A stretch of 63,151 nucleotides of DNA, counting the filler, from Anaerolineae bacterium (GTDB taxonomy: Bacteria > Chloroflexota > Anaerolineae > B4-G1 > DUEL01): the NCBI GenBank assembly GCA_041082215.1. It is 8 parts of 8 records of this genome, joined end to end, with 100 filler letters (N's around TTAATTAATTAA, not from the genome) between each part and the next. Parts side by side here need not be neighbours in the genome. Positions count along the whole stretch, not along the records: positions 1 to 17,067 come from JBDOIF010000005.1; 7 more parts are not named here. One strand, written 5' to 3'. Shown piece by piece: positions 1-8,627 of this stretch. How positions within the stretch are numbered: position 1 is the first letter of the stretch; every line of letters begins with the position of its first letter. The position numbers were made by a program, and so were the translations under genes. The notes below the pieces were generated by a model. The model worked only from the letters and a program-made list of their open reading frames with translations. It ran no database searches and was not told the origin of the DNA.

Positions 1-889
1 TGGAGAGACAGCCGGAGGGGACCCCCGCCCGCACCACCTGCATCGCCGCCGCGTCGGTGGTGCCCCGCTCCAGGACCTCCATCTGTACGGCCACCCCCGC
101 CGCCTCCGCCGCCCGCACCAGCAGGTCCCGCACCCGCGGATGGGCGACCATTCCCCAGTCCTGCACCTTCACCGCCGGGCCTTTGCCCAGCTCCACCGCC
201 ATCGGCCGCGCTTCCGGCGTATCCCCCGTCGTCGTCACATCCACCGCGATCGCCAGGTCCGGCTCGATCCCGAAGGCGGCCGTCCGCGCCCCGGAAAGGG
301 TGGTCTCCTCCTGCACGCTGAAGACAAAATGGACCTCGTTGGGGGTCCGGTCCAGCCAGCGCAGCGCCTCGATCAGCACCGCGCAGCCAATCCGGTCGTC
401 CATCGCCTTGGCGATCAGCCGCCGGCCCTGCACGGCGAAGGGCCGCACAAAGACAGCCGCATCCCCCACCCGCACCGGGCAGTCCTCCTTGCTTGCCACC
501 CCCACATCAATGTATAACTGGTCGAGCCGGGGGACCTTGGTCGGGTCGTCCCGCTTCGCCTCGACGCCGATCACCCCCAGAGTCCCGTCTTCAAACTGCA
601 CTCGACCCCCGATGCAGGTCAGGGGGTTCACGCCGCCAATGGGCGCAAAGCGCAGGAAGCCTCTTTCGTCCACGTGGGTGACGATGACACCGATCTCGTC
701 CATATGGGCGGCCAGCATGATCCGCTGCCCGGTGCCCTTCCCCTTCTTCACCGCTACCAGGCTCCCCAGCGGAGTCACCTGTACCTCGTCAACTAATGGT
801 TCGACCTCCTCCCGGATGACCGCCCGGATGTGGTCCTCAAAGCCCGAAGGTCCGTAGGTTTCGGTCAGTTTGCGAATGAGTTCTTTCAC
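1..889 (-). CDS. M42 family metallo-aminopeptidase (TET-like), 3' end runs off the window
   Basis: Not in the ORF track. GTG at 889 after an AGGGG RBS reads MKELIRKLTETYGPSGFED...IMLAAHMDEIG...GGV; paralogous to the two upstream M42 genes. Confidence 0.9.
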   Translation of the reverse strand, partial: MKELIRKLTETYGPSGFEDHIRAVIREEVEPLVDEVQVTPLGSLVAVKKGKGTGQRIMLAAHMDEIGVIVTHVDERGFLRFAPIGGVNPLTCIGGRVQFEDGTLGVIGVEAKRDDPTKVPRLDQLYIDVGVASKEDCPVRVGDAAVFVRPFAVQGRRLIAKAMDDRIGCAVLIEALRWLDRTPNEVHFVFSVQEETTLSGARTAAFGIEPDLAIAVDVTTTGDTPEARPMAVELGKGPAVKVQDWGMVAHPRVRDLLVRAAEAAGVAVQMEVLERGTTDAAAMQVVRAGVPSGCLS

Positions 890-902
890 ATTAACCCCCT
901 GT

Positions 903-1163
903 TCAAGGATGCGGTAACACTGCGTCGTGGCGGCCAACGTTGCGCAGGATCAACACGTCGTCTCTGATTTCGAACGTGATGCACAGGGCACGGCTGGCCC
1001 TCGCCTCCCAAATCCCCCCTGTGCCCTCCATCTTCTTCACTCGAAGACCAGGGTGACGAGGGTCCTGAGCCAGCCTGCGCAACGCTTTCTGAACCCGCTG
1101 CCGGTCTTCCTGGGACAAGGCGCGATAGGAGCGATAGAAGCGGTCGGTGTACTGCAATCGCAT
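903..1163 (-). CDS. Type II TA toxin, RelE/ParE-like
   Basis: 86 aa, basic: TDRFYRSY...DPRHPGLRVKK...WEARAS...RNVGRHD; translationally coupled to the AbrB-type gene. Confidence 0.8.
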   Translation of the reverse strand: MRLQYTDRFYRSYRALSQEDRQRVQKALRRLAQDPRHPGLRVKKMEGTGGIWEARASRALCITFEIRDDVLILRNVGRHDAVLPHP

Positions 1164-1465
1164 CAGTCTTTGCCTTCAAGGCTGGCGATCAGATCCTCCA
1201 CGTCTTCGAACTCGCGCACCCGACCAGCAGCGATGTCGGCGCTCGCTTCCCGCTCGGCCGCCTGCCACTCGGCTGTCCAGAAGTAACTCTGGCTCTTGTC
1301 AATCAGTTTCTTGGGGGTGAGGACAATGGTGTCTCCCTCCACGCGTACCTCGATATAGTCCCCTTCCTCCACGTTGACAGCCCGCCGCACAATGGCAGGG
1401 AGCGTGATCTGGCCGTGTCGCGTCACCTTCGTCAGGGTCGTCAGAATCTCGCCCATTGCAATCAC
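1163..1465 (-). CDS. AbrB/MazE/SpoVT-family antitoxin
   Basis: KVTRHGQITLPAIVR...VEEGDYIEV (AbrB fold) plus acidic tail FWTAEWQAAEREASADIAAGRV. Confidence 0.85.
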   Translation of the reverse strand: MIAMGEILTTLTKVTRHGQITLPAIVRRAVNVEEGDYIEVRVEGDTIVLTPKKLIDKSQSYFWTAEWQAAEREASADIAAGRVREFEDVEDLIASLEGKD

Positions 1466-1469
1466 CTAG

Positions 1470-1515
1470 ATTACTAGATTAGTAATATTGTACATTACTT
1501 GAGCCAAAGCGTCAA
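1470..1515 (-). promoter_or_regulatory. Sigma70 promoter and palindromic operator of the TA pair
   Basis: TTGACG (1515-1510)-17 nt-TACAAT (1492-1487); palindrome ATTACTA-gat-TAGTAAT at 1470-1486. Confidence 0.7.
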
Positions 1516-2543
1516 CTGATTGTCCGCCGCGTGAGCCGGGCCAGCGCCTCCCGCATCAGCCGCACGGTGTTTTCGAAGTCGGCCAGGCTCAGGAGGCTGA
1601 CCGGGCTGTGGATGTAGCGGCAGGGGACGGCGACGGTGACGCAGGGGACCCCCTCACGCGCCAGGTGAATGGCCCCAGAGTCGGTGCCGCCGACGCCGGG
1701 CTGCTTAAACTGGTAGGGAATGCCCACCCCCTCCGCTGTCTCGACCAGCAACCGCACCAGCCCCCGATGGGCGATAAAGGTGCGGTCCATCACGGTGATC
1801 GCCGGCCCTTTCCCCATCTCGGTGGTCGGGCTGACATCCTTCTCCTTCGGCAGGTCGTCAGCGATGGTACCCTCCAGGGCGAAGGCGCAGTCGGGGCGGG
1901 CGGCGTAGGCGGCCACCCGCGCCCCCCGCAGCCCCACCTCCTCCTGCACAGTGAAGACTCCGTGCAGGTCGTGGGGGAACGGCTCCCCCCGCACCAGCTC
2001 CGCCAGCACCGCACACCCGGCCCGGTCGTCGAAGGCCTTGCCCATCACTGTCGGCCCCAGCTCCCGGAAACGGGTGGCGAAGACGGCCACTGTCCCCACC
2101 GGGGCCAGGTTTTTCGCCTCCTCCTTCCCCTTTGCCCCAACGTCCACCCGCAACTGCTCGATGGGGGCGACCTTCTCCGCCTCCCCCTCCTCCAGCAGGT
2201 GGACCGGCTTGAGGCCAATGACACCGGGGATGCGGTCCGGCCCCACCCAGACCTGCGCACCCGGCAGGACCCGGGGGTCTATCCCACCAACGGGCCGCAC
2301 TTTCAGCGTGCCCGAATCGTCGTGGCCGACGACCATCAGGCCGATCTCGTCCATATGGGCAGTGACCAGCACCCGCAGCCGGTCCTCCCCTGTTCCCCGC
2401 TTTTCGGTGTGCAGGTTTCCCAGCGCATCCACCCATATCCGGTCCACGTGGCCCTCCAGCGCCTGCCGCAGGAGCTGCCGGACCGGTGTTTCATATCCCG
2501 AGGGACCAAAGGCCTCCGAAAGTTCTTTGAGAATCATCCTCAA
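1512..2543 (-). CDS. M42 family aminopeptidase
   Basis: Metal-binding motifs AHMDEIG, KAFDDRAG, QEEVGLRG, GGTD, RYIHSP. Confidence 0.93.
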   Translation of the reverse strand: MRMILKELSEAFGPSGYETPVRQLLRQALEGHVDRIWVDALGNLHTEKRGTGEDRLRVLVTAHMDEIGLMVVGHDDSGTLKVRPVGGIDPRVLPGAQVWVGPDRIPGVIGLKPVHLLEEGEAEKVAPIEQLRVDVGAKGKEEAKNLAPVGTVAVFATRFRELGPTVMGKAFDDRAGCAVLAELVRGEPFPHDLHGVFTVQEEVGLRGARVAAYAARPDCAFALEGTIADDLPKEKDVSPTTEMGKGPAITVMDRTFIAHRGLVRLLVETAEGVGIPYQFKQPGVGGTDSGAIHLAREGVPCVTVAVPCRYIHSPVSLLSLADFENTVRLMREALARLTRRTIS

Positions 2544-2563
2544 CTCCGTAGCAACGTTTGCTG

Positions 2564-3619
2564 CTACCCTTCATCCTCCCACCGCGGCCGGAAGTCCGCC
2601 TCCAGCCCCGCTGCGAAGGATGCCAGCAGCCGCGCCGCCCGCTCCACATCCTTCAGCGCCACCGTCTCTACCGGCTGGTGCATATAGCGGAGCGGGATAG
2701 AGACCAGCCCCGTGGGCACTCCCTCGCGGGCCACCTGGATCGCCCAGGCGTCGGTGCCGCTGCGGCCGGGGGTCGGCTCGATGTGGTAGGGGATCTCCTG
2801 CGCCTCAGCGGTCGCCTTCAGCCGCTCGACCACCTGGGGGTGGAAGTTGGGCCCCACGCCGACCGTCGGTCCCTCCCCCAGCGGGAACGACTCGTCGGCG
2901 GATACACCCGGCTGCTGCCCGAAGGTCACGTCCACTGCCACCGCCATATCGGGGGCGACCCCGTAGGCGCTGGTGGCAGCCCCGTACAGCCCCACCTCCT
3001 CCTGCACCGTCGCTACTGCCACCACATCCCAGGCATGCTCCATCCGGCCCAGTTGCTCCAGCGCCAGCGTCACCGCTGCTACCGAGGCGCGGTTGTCCAG
3101 CGCCTTCCCCGCCGCCAGGCCGTTCTTCAGCTCCACCAGTTCCCGGCTGAAGGAGACGGGATCGCCCACACGGACCCACTCCTGTATTTCTTCCTCCGGC
3201 AGCCCCAGGTCAATGAACAGCTCCTCCCAGGGGACCGGCTTGTTCCGCTGCTCTTGAGGCACCACGTGGGGCGGGCGCATCCCCACGATGCCGGGGAGGT
3301 CTCGCCGGCCATGTACCACCACCTCTATGCCCGGCATCACCCGCCGGTCCGTTCCGCCGACGCGGGCGATGCGCAGGAAGCCCTTTTCGAACCCCGTCAC
3401 CCGCAGGCCGACCTCGTCCATATGGGCGGCCAGCATCAGCCGGGGGCGGGGTTCGGGAGCCGAGCCGCGCTTCAGCCCGATGAGGCTGCCCAATCCGTCC
3501 TCGCGCAGGTCGTCCACCAGCGGGGTCCAGAGCCGCCGCACCGCCTCGCGCACCGGCCCCTCGTGGCCAGGCAGCCCGGGGGTTTCCGAAAGTTCTTTCA
3601 ACAACGGGAACGTTTCCAT
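2564..3619 (-). CDS. M42 family aminopeptidase
   Basis: Motifs AHMDEVG, KALDNRAS, QEEVGLYG, SGTDA, RYMHQP. Confidence 0.93.
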   Translation of the reverse strand: METFPLLKELSETPGLPGHEGPVREAVRRLWTPLVDDLREDGLGSLIGLKRGSAPEPRPRLMLAAHMDEVGLRVTGFEKGFLRIARVGGTDRRVMPGIEVVVHGRRDLPGIVGMRPPHVVPQEQRNKPVPWEELFIDLGLPEEEIQEWVRVGDPVSFSRELVELKNGLAAGKALDNRASVAAVTLALEQLGRMEHAWDVVAVATVQEEVGLYGAATSAYGVAPDMAVAVDVTFGQQPGVSADESFPLGEGPTVGVGPNFHPQVVERLKATAEAQEIPYHIEPTPGRSGTDAWAIQVAREGVPTGLVSIPLRYMHQPVETVALKDVERAARLLASFAAGLEADFRPRWEDEG

Positions 3620-3636
3620 AGCCGCTCCTTTGCAGG

Positions 3637-4134
3637 TTATTCAGGCGTGGAGGTCGGCGTGGGAGTGGGGGTGTCGGTCGGCGTGGGGGTGGGGGTGGGG
3701 GTGGGGGTGTCGGTCGGCGTGGCGGTGGACGTGGGGGTGAGGGTAGGGGTTGGAGTGGGCGTGAAAGTGGGGGTGGCCGTATAGGTCGGCGTGGGCGTCG
3801 GCGTGGCGGTGCTGGTGGCCGTCGGCGTTTCGGTCGGGGTAGGCGTCACCGTGGGGGTTGGGGTCCTGGTGGGTGTGGGGGTCGGTGTGTTGGTGGGGGG
3901 CCAGGATTGGGTCGGCGTCGGCGGGAGGGTGGCTGTAGGCGGGCCGGGAGTGGGCGAGAGGGTGGGGGTGTTGGTGACGACCGTCGGGATGGGGGTGGGC
4001 TGTGCTGGAGTGGAAAGGACATAAAGTAGAAAGAAGCCCACACAATAGCAGGGCAGCGTCAGGAGGATAATGGCCAGCAGGGCCAGATGGATGGGACGAT
4101 TTGTCCCTTCCTTCAACGGGGCTTGCGTGGACAT
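3637..4134 (-). CDS. Membrane-anchored Pro/Thr-rich protein
   Basis: N-terminal hydrophobic helix ([10 protein letters not shown]) then a long (PT)n tail; promoter TTGACA-17-TATCAT at 4171-4143 just upstream (near-leaderless). Confidence 0.7.
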   Translation of the reverse strand: MSTQAPLKEGTNRPIHLALLAIILLTLPCYCVGFFLLYVLSTPAQPTPIPTVVTNTPTLSPTPGPPTATLPPTPTQSWPPTNTPTPTPTRTPTPTVTPTPTETPTATSTATPTPTPTYTATPTFTPTPTPTLTPTSTATPTDTPTPTPTPTPTDTPTPTPTSTPE

Positions 4135-4187
4135 ACAGGGCTATGATAACATCGTTGTACGTCCTTGTCAATTTCCGTCCTGGCTGA

Positions 4188-4270
4188 GGTGTATTTCAGT
4201 TTGGGGGCGAGATGTCCCTGGCCCGGGCCGGACCTGGGGAAACACGAATGGCGCGAATGGAAACGAATAC
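4188..4270 (+). repeat. Partial copy (left arm) of the ~190-bp MITE-like element
   Basis: GGTGTATTTCAGTTTGGGGGCGAGATGTCCCTGG...CACGAATGGCGCGAATGGAAACGAATAC matches the copies at 10826-11015 (-) and 14469-14654 (+). Confidence 0.85.
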
Positions 4271-4360
4271 TGCCGCCCGCCTGTAGCGGGCATCCCCTCC
4301 CCTCTCCCGCACGGTGGGAAAGGGGAGGGGGTAGGGGGAGGGGTGAGGGTGGTCTCCCTG

Positions 4361-4762
4361 CTATTGTGTCCAGAGTTCCAGCAGGCCTGAGGCTGTCTGC
4401 TCCCGCCGACAGGTCGGGCAGAGGCCGATCCAGAGGGCCTCCCCGGCCCCCAGAACTTCCTCGATCCGGGCCGGCAGAGCCGCCAGGAGTCGCTCCGGAG
4501 CAAAGGGCTGCCCGCACCGGCTGCACAGACGAAGGGGGAACCGGAGCTGCGCTCCTTCCCGTTCCCGCTCCACCTCCCCAAAGGCGATGGCCTCTTGAGG
4601 GCACACATCCTGGCAACGGACACACTCCTCGTCGCAGGTGCCGGGGAACCGGATCGAGCGCAGGCCATCGGCCTCCTCCAGCCGGATCAGAGCGGCGGGG
4701 CAGACCGACGAGCAGGCGCGGCAGCCGAAGCACAGCGCCTCATCCACCAGCAGGCTTCTCAT
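4361..4762 (-). CDS. 4Fe-4S dicluster protein (formate dehydrogenase-associated)
   Basis: ATG at 4762 overlaps the upstream stop; CFGCRACSSVCP, CDEECVRCQDVCP, plus CSRC and CPTC. Confidence 0.85.
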   Translation of the reverse strand: MRSLLVDEALCFGCRACSSVCPAALIRLEEADGLRSIRFPGTCDEECVRCQDVCPQEAIAFGEVEREREGAQLRFPLRLCSRCGQPFAPERLLAALPARIEEVLGAGEALWIGLCPTCRREQTASGLLELWTQ

Positions 4763-5232
4763 GCCCCCCTCCTTTCCCACCCCTCTGCCCAGACGCGGCC
4801 GGCCACTTCTCTTCGACGGGAGGCGAAGTCGGCGACACAGGCCCGCACCAGCGCCTGACTGGGGCAGGTGAGCACGCAGGCCGGCTCCAGCCCCTCCTCC
4901 TGACGGCCCACACAGAGATCGCACTTGTGGACGCGCCGCACCTCCGCGTCCCACTCCACCGCACCGAAGGGACAGGCCCACAGGCACAGTTCACACCCGG
5001 TGCACTTTTCGATCTCCAGGTCCACCCGTCCGTCATGTCGCTCCAGAGCTCCGGCAGGGCAGACCGCGACGCAGGGGGCCAACTCGCAGTGGCGGCAGGC
5101 GACCGCCGCCCCACGCCCCAGATAGGCCACAACCCATATGCTCCCCCGCCCGCCATGCTCCCGGACGCAGGCCACCTCGCAGGCGTGGCAGAGAATGCAC
5201 CGTTCCGGCCGATAGAGAACCTCCCTGCCCAT
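4759..5232 (-). CDS. Four-cluster 4Fe-4S electron-transfer protein (HycB/HydN/FdhB-like)
   Basis: CILCHACEVAC, CRHCELAPCVAVCP, CTGCELCLWACP, KCDLC...PACVLTCP. Confidence 0.9.
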   Translation of the reverse strand: MGREVLYRPERCILCHACEVACVREHGGRGSIWVVAYLGRGAAVACRHCELAPCVAVCPAGALERHDGRVDLEIEKCTGCELCLWACPFGAVEWDAEVRRVHKCDLCVGRQEEGLEPACVLTCPSQALVRACVADFASRRREVAGRVWAEGWERRGA

Positions 5233-5235
5233 GGC

Positions 5236-7272
5236 CTACCCTCCTCTCCGCACGTCGCAGGCGGATACCTTGAAGGCCGGAATCCGCGACTCCGGGTCGA
5301 GGTCCTTCCGGGTGAGGATGTTGACGCGGGGGAAGTGGAAAGGAAGGAAGACGAGGCCGGGCTGGACCTCGGGGCTTACCCATACCTCGGCCTCCACGTC
5401 CCCCCGGGCGGTGCGGACGACGGCCGTCTCCCCCGCCGTCAGGCCGAGCTGCCGGGCGTCCTCCGGGTGCAGGGCGACCCAGCGGCGCGGGGCGTACCGG
5501 GCCAGGGAGGGGATGCGGCGGCTGAGGGAGCCGGAGTTATAGTGGGTCCCCACACGGCCGGTAGTCATCCACAGTGGGAAGCCGTTGCCGGGCTGCTCCT
5601 CCGGGCTGCGGTAGGTGACCGGCGTGAAGCGGCCCCTGCCGTTGGGGGTGGCGAAGCGGTCGGTGTGGAGGATGGGCGTCCCCGGGTGGGTGGGGTCGGG
5701 GCAGGGCCAGAAGAGGCCGTCGGGGGAGCGCTGAAGCCGGGCGGCGGAGATGCCCCCGTAGGCCGGAGCTGCCCGTCCGGCCTCGTCGAGGACCTGTTCG
5801 GGGGTAGGGACGGATTCCCACAGTCCCAGCCTTCGGCCCAGCTCTCCCACCACCCACAGGTCAGGCCGCGCCTCCCCCGGCGGCTCTACCGCCTTCGGCG
5901 ACCACTGGACGCGCCGTTCCGTTCCGGTGTAGCTTCCCGCCTTCTCGGCCCACGCCGCCGCTGGCAGTACCAGGTCGGCCATCTCTGCCGTCTCCGTCAG
6001 GAAGAGGTCGAGCACCACCAGGAACTCCACCCGCTCCAGCGCCTCGGCAGTATCACCGGCGGCAGGGTCGGAGACCAGGGGGTTTTCCCCCATCACCACA
6101 AGGGCACGGACCTCGCCCTGGCGGGCCGCTTCCATGATTTCCACCACGCTCAGGCCGGGGCTGGCGGGCAGGTCTTCCCGGCCCCAGAGGGCTGCCAGCC
6201 GCCTGCGGCCAGCTTCGTCCACCACTGGCACGTAGCCGGGGAGGAACTCGGCCAGCGCCCCCATGTCGCAGGCCCCCTGGACGTTGTTCTGCCCTCGCAG
6301 GGGGAGGACGCCGGTCCCAGGCCGCCCCACCTGCCCGCAGAGGAGGGCCAGGTTGGCGCAGGCAAGGACGTTGTCGGTGCCGACGGCGTGCTGGGTGATG
6401 CCCATACAGTAAACGATGGATGCGGCCGGAGCGCGGGCGTAGGCGCGGGCAGCGGCGGTGATCTGACCGGGTTCCAGGCCGGTGATGCCTGCCGCCTCCT
6501 CAACCGTATACCCCGCCAGCGCAGCCCGGAAGCCGTCGAACCCTGTGGTGCGTTCGGCGATGAAGGGGAAGTCGGCAAGCCCCTCCTGGAGGATGACGGC
6601 GGCCATCCCGTTGAGCAACGCCACATCCGTTCCGGGCCGCAGCGGCAGGTACAGGTCGGCCATCGCCGCCGTCGGCGTGCGGCGAGGGTCTGCCACAACA
6701 ACGAACGCCCCCCGGTCCCGCGCCTCCCAGACCCAGCGGGAGACGACAGGGTGGTTTTCGGCGAAGTTGGAGCCGATGACCAGGATCGAGCGGGCATGGG
6801 CCAGGTCGGGTATGGGGTTGGTCATCGCGCCGGAGCCGAAAGCACGGCTCAGCCCCACCACCGAGGGGGCGTGACAGAGGCGGGCGCAGTGGTCCACGTT
6901 GTTCGTCCCCAGGAGACGGGCCATTTTCTGGAACAGGTAGTTTTCCTCATTGGTGGCTTTGGCGGAGGCCAGGAAGGCCAGCGCGTCCGGACCGTGCTCC
7001 TGGCGGATGCGGGAAAGGTTCCGGACGACCCGGTCCAGCGCCTCATCCCAGTCCGCTTCCCGGAACCTTTCGTTCTCCCGGACCAGCGGGCGGCGCAGCC
7101 GGTCGGGGTGGTGGATCATCTCGTGGGCGACGTTGCCCTTGGAGCAGAGGGCGCCCTGGGCGACCGGGTGGTCGGTGAGGTACTCCACGCCGACGGCCCG
7201 ACCGTCCTCTACCCTTAGCCCCAGGCGGCACCCGGCGCCGCAGTAGGGACAGAGGACGGAGATAAGGTTCAT
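5236..7272 (-). CDS. fdhF: Mo/W-bisPGD formate dehydrogenase catalytic subunit (Cys type)
   Basis: CPYCGAGC...C 4Fe-4S motif, NNVDHCARLCHAPS active site (Cys, not Sec), PLRGQNNVQGACDMG. Confidence 0.92.
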   Translation of the reverse strand: MNLISVLCPYCGAGCRLGLRVEDGRAVGVEYLTDHPVAQGALCSKGNVAHEMIHHPDRLRRPLVRENERFREADWDEALDRVVRNLSRIRQEHGPDALAFLASAKATNEENYLFQKMARLLGTNNVDHCARLCHAPSVVGLSRAFGSGAMTNPIPDLAHARSILVIGSNFAENHPVVSRWVWEARDRGAFVVVADPRRTPTAAMADLYLPLRPGTDVALLNGMAAVILQEGLADFPFIAERTTGFDGFRAALAGYTVEEAAGITGLEPGQITAAARAYARAPAASIVYCMGITQHAVGTDNVLACANLALLCGQVGRPGTGVLPLRGQNNVQGACDMGALAEFLPGYVPVVDEAGRRRLAALWGREDLPASPGLSVVEIMEAARQGEVRALVVMGENPLVSDPAAGDTAEALERVEFLVVLDLFLTETAEMADLVLPAAAWAEKAGSYTGTERRVQWSPKAVEPPGEARPDLWVVGELGRRLGLWESVPTPEQVLDEAGRAAPAYGGISAARLQRSPDGLFWPCPDPTHPGTPILHTDRFATPNGRGRFTPVTYRSPEEQPGNGFPLWMTTGRVGTHYNSGSLSRRIPSLARYAPRRWVALHPEDARQLGLTAGETAVVRTARGDVEAEVWVSPEVQPGLVFLPFHFPRVNILTRKDLDPESRIPAFKVSACDVRRGG

Positions 7273-7297
7273 AGGGACCTCCGTGAAACGCGAAATG

Positions 7298-7735
7298 TTA
7301 GCGGGCCTCTCTCAACCAGTGGATGGCGGGAAAGACGTCCCGGACAGCGTTGTATAAATGCCCGTCCGCTGTCCAGAATTCGCCCCCTACAACCTCGGTC
7401 AGAGCCAGGTAGCACATATCGCAGGTGGCAGGGCGGTTCAGACGGGCCGCCAGGTCAAACACCCGGAGGGGAAGTTCCGGCGGGTCCAGGAAAGCGATAT
7501 CCAGGGAAAGAGCCGCCTCCAGCGCCCGGCGCGCATCCTCCGCCTGCATCAGGCCGCGGACCACCTTGCGCCACAGGGCCGAAGCCACCTCGTAGCGCAG
7601 CAAATGGGGAGCGATCACCTCCACGTCGCGGCTCATCCAGGCAGCCCAGAGGCTCAGCGCCCGCTCGCTCTGGCTTTCCGGAACCACCAGAGCGACCACA
7701 ACGCTGGCGTCAACGCAGACCGGTAAGTTCCGCAT
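7298..7735 (-). CDS. vapC: PIN-domain toxin (VapC-like)
   Basis: VCVDASVVV...YEVASAL...CDMCYLAL...WTADGHLY acidic tetrad; likely ATG at 7735. Confidence 0.85.
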   Translation of the reverse strand: MRNLPVCVDASVVVALVVPESQSERALSLWAAWMSRDVEVIAPHLLRYEVASALWRKVVRGLMQAEDARRALEAALSLDIAFLDPPELPLRVFDLAARLNRPATCDMCYLALTEVVGGEFWTADGHLYNAVRDVFPAIHWLREAR

Positions 7736-7976
7736 CCCGTTCCTCCCGCATCCGACGGATTTCATCGGACGAATCGGGAAGGGGGCCGTATTTCGCCAGG
7801 AACTCCTGCTGGAGCGACCGAAGCCGCTCTACACTTGCCATCCGCTGGCGGAGCCGGATTTCCCGTTCTGTGGCCCGGGAAATCACACGGGACCGTTCCC
7901 CTGGAGGGATAAGCCGCTTCACTTCCTCCCAGAGAGCACGGGGGAAAACCAGAGAGACCCGAACCGTATCGTTCAT
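7710..7976 (-). CDS. Ribbon-helix-helix antitoxin (VapB-like)
   Basis: VRVSLVFPRALWEEVKRLIPPGERSRVI; C-terminal DSSDEIRRMREERD; overlaps the PIN gene. Confidence 0.8.
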   Translation of the reverse strand: MNDTVRVSLVFPRALWEEVKRLIPPGERSRVISRATEREIRLRQRMASVERLRSLQQEFLAKYGPLPDSSDEIRRMREERDAELTGLR

Positions 7977-7988
7977 ACATACTCCTTA

Positions 7989-8039
7989 TACATACAAATT
8001 TTATGTATTCATTTTACATCACAATAGACCTCCTGTCAA
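7989..8039 (-). promoter_or_regulatory. Sigma70 promoter and operator of vapBC
   Basis: TTGACA (8039-8034)-17 nt-TAAAAT (8016-8011); inverted repeat ATACATA...TATGTAT at 7989-8008. Confidence 0.75.
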
Positions 8040-8110
8040 TTCCCACCCCAGCGCTGAGGGCAGGATAGGTGAAGAGATCGGATTGGCTCTGAGGCTGCGG
8101 GAGGTTCAGC

Positions 8111-8614
8111 CTATGGGGCTATTCGATACCCCCGGGCGACCTCCTCCGCCGCCTCCCGGCGGGCCAGGCGGGCGAATTCCTCCTCCTCCACAAAGACCAG
8201 CGCACGGGTGGGGCAGGCTTCGACGCAGGCGGGCACCTCCCGGTCGGGGCAGCGGTCACACTTGAGGGCGATCCGCCGCTCCCACTCCCGGCCGACCACG
8301 CCGTAAGGACAGACCATCGTGCACATCCAGCAGCCGATGCAGCGGTCGGGGTTGTGGGTCACGATGCGGGTGATCGGATCCTGGACCATCGCGCCGGTGC
8401 GGCACGCGGCCACGCAGGGGGCGTCCTCGCAGTGGCGGCAGAGGAAGGGCATCTTCCGCTCCAGGACGTACTCCACGTAGAGCCGACGACGGGGGCGCGG
8501 GGCCTCGGTGACCGCCCCGAAGAGGGTCCGGGTGCGGGAGTGCTCCACGGCACAGGCCAGTTCGCAGGAATGGCAACCCACACAGCGGTCCAGGCGGACG
8601 AATATCTCTTTCAT
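8111..8614 (-). CDS. cooF: CooF-like 4Fe-4S electron-transfer protein
   Basis: CVGCHSCELACAVEHS, CRHCEDAPCVAAC, CIGCWMCTMVCP, KCDRC...PACVEACP; directly downstream of cooS. Confidence 0.88.
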   Translation of the reverse strand: MKEIFVRLDRCVGCHSCELACAVEHSRTRTLFGAVTEAPRPRRRLYVEYVLERKMPFLCRHCEDAPCVAACRTGAMVQDPITRIVTHNPDRCIGCWMCTMVCPYGVVGREWERRIALKCDRCPDREVPACVEACPTRALVFVEEEEFARLARREAAEEVARGYRIAP

Positions 8615-8627
8615 AGCCCACCTCCCG

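Noticed and set aside
3640..3995. G/T-rich repetitive tract as a non-coding repeat or G-quadruplex element
   Set aside because: Fully explained by Pro-Thr codons on the minus strand
6870..6900. Selenocysteine or SECIS in fdhF
   Set aside because: The active-site codon is TGT (Cys) and the frame has no internal TGA
4165..7218. 1017-aa plus-strand ORF and other long antisense ORFs (8508-10301, 31548-33488, 56079-57872, 50974-52644)
   Set aside because: Shadow frames of well-supported genes on the opposite strand in GC-rich DNA; no recognisable motifs
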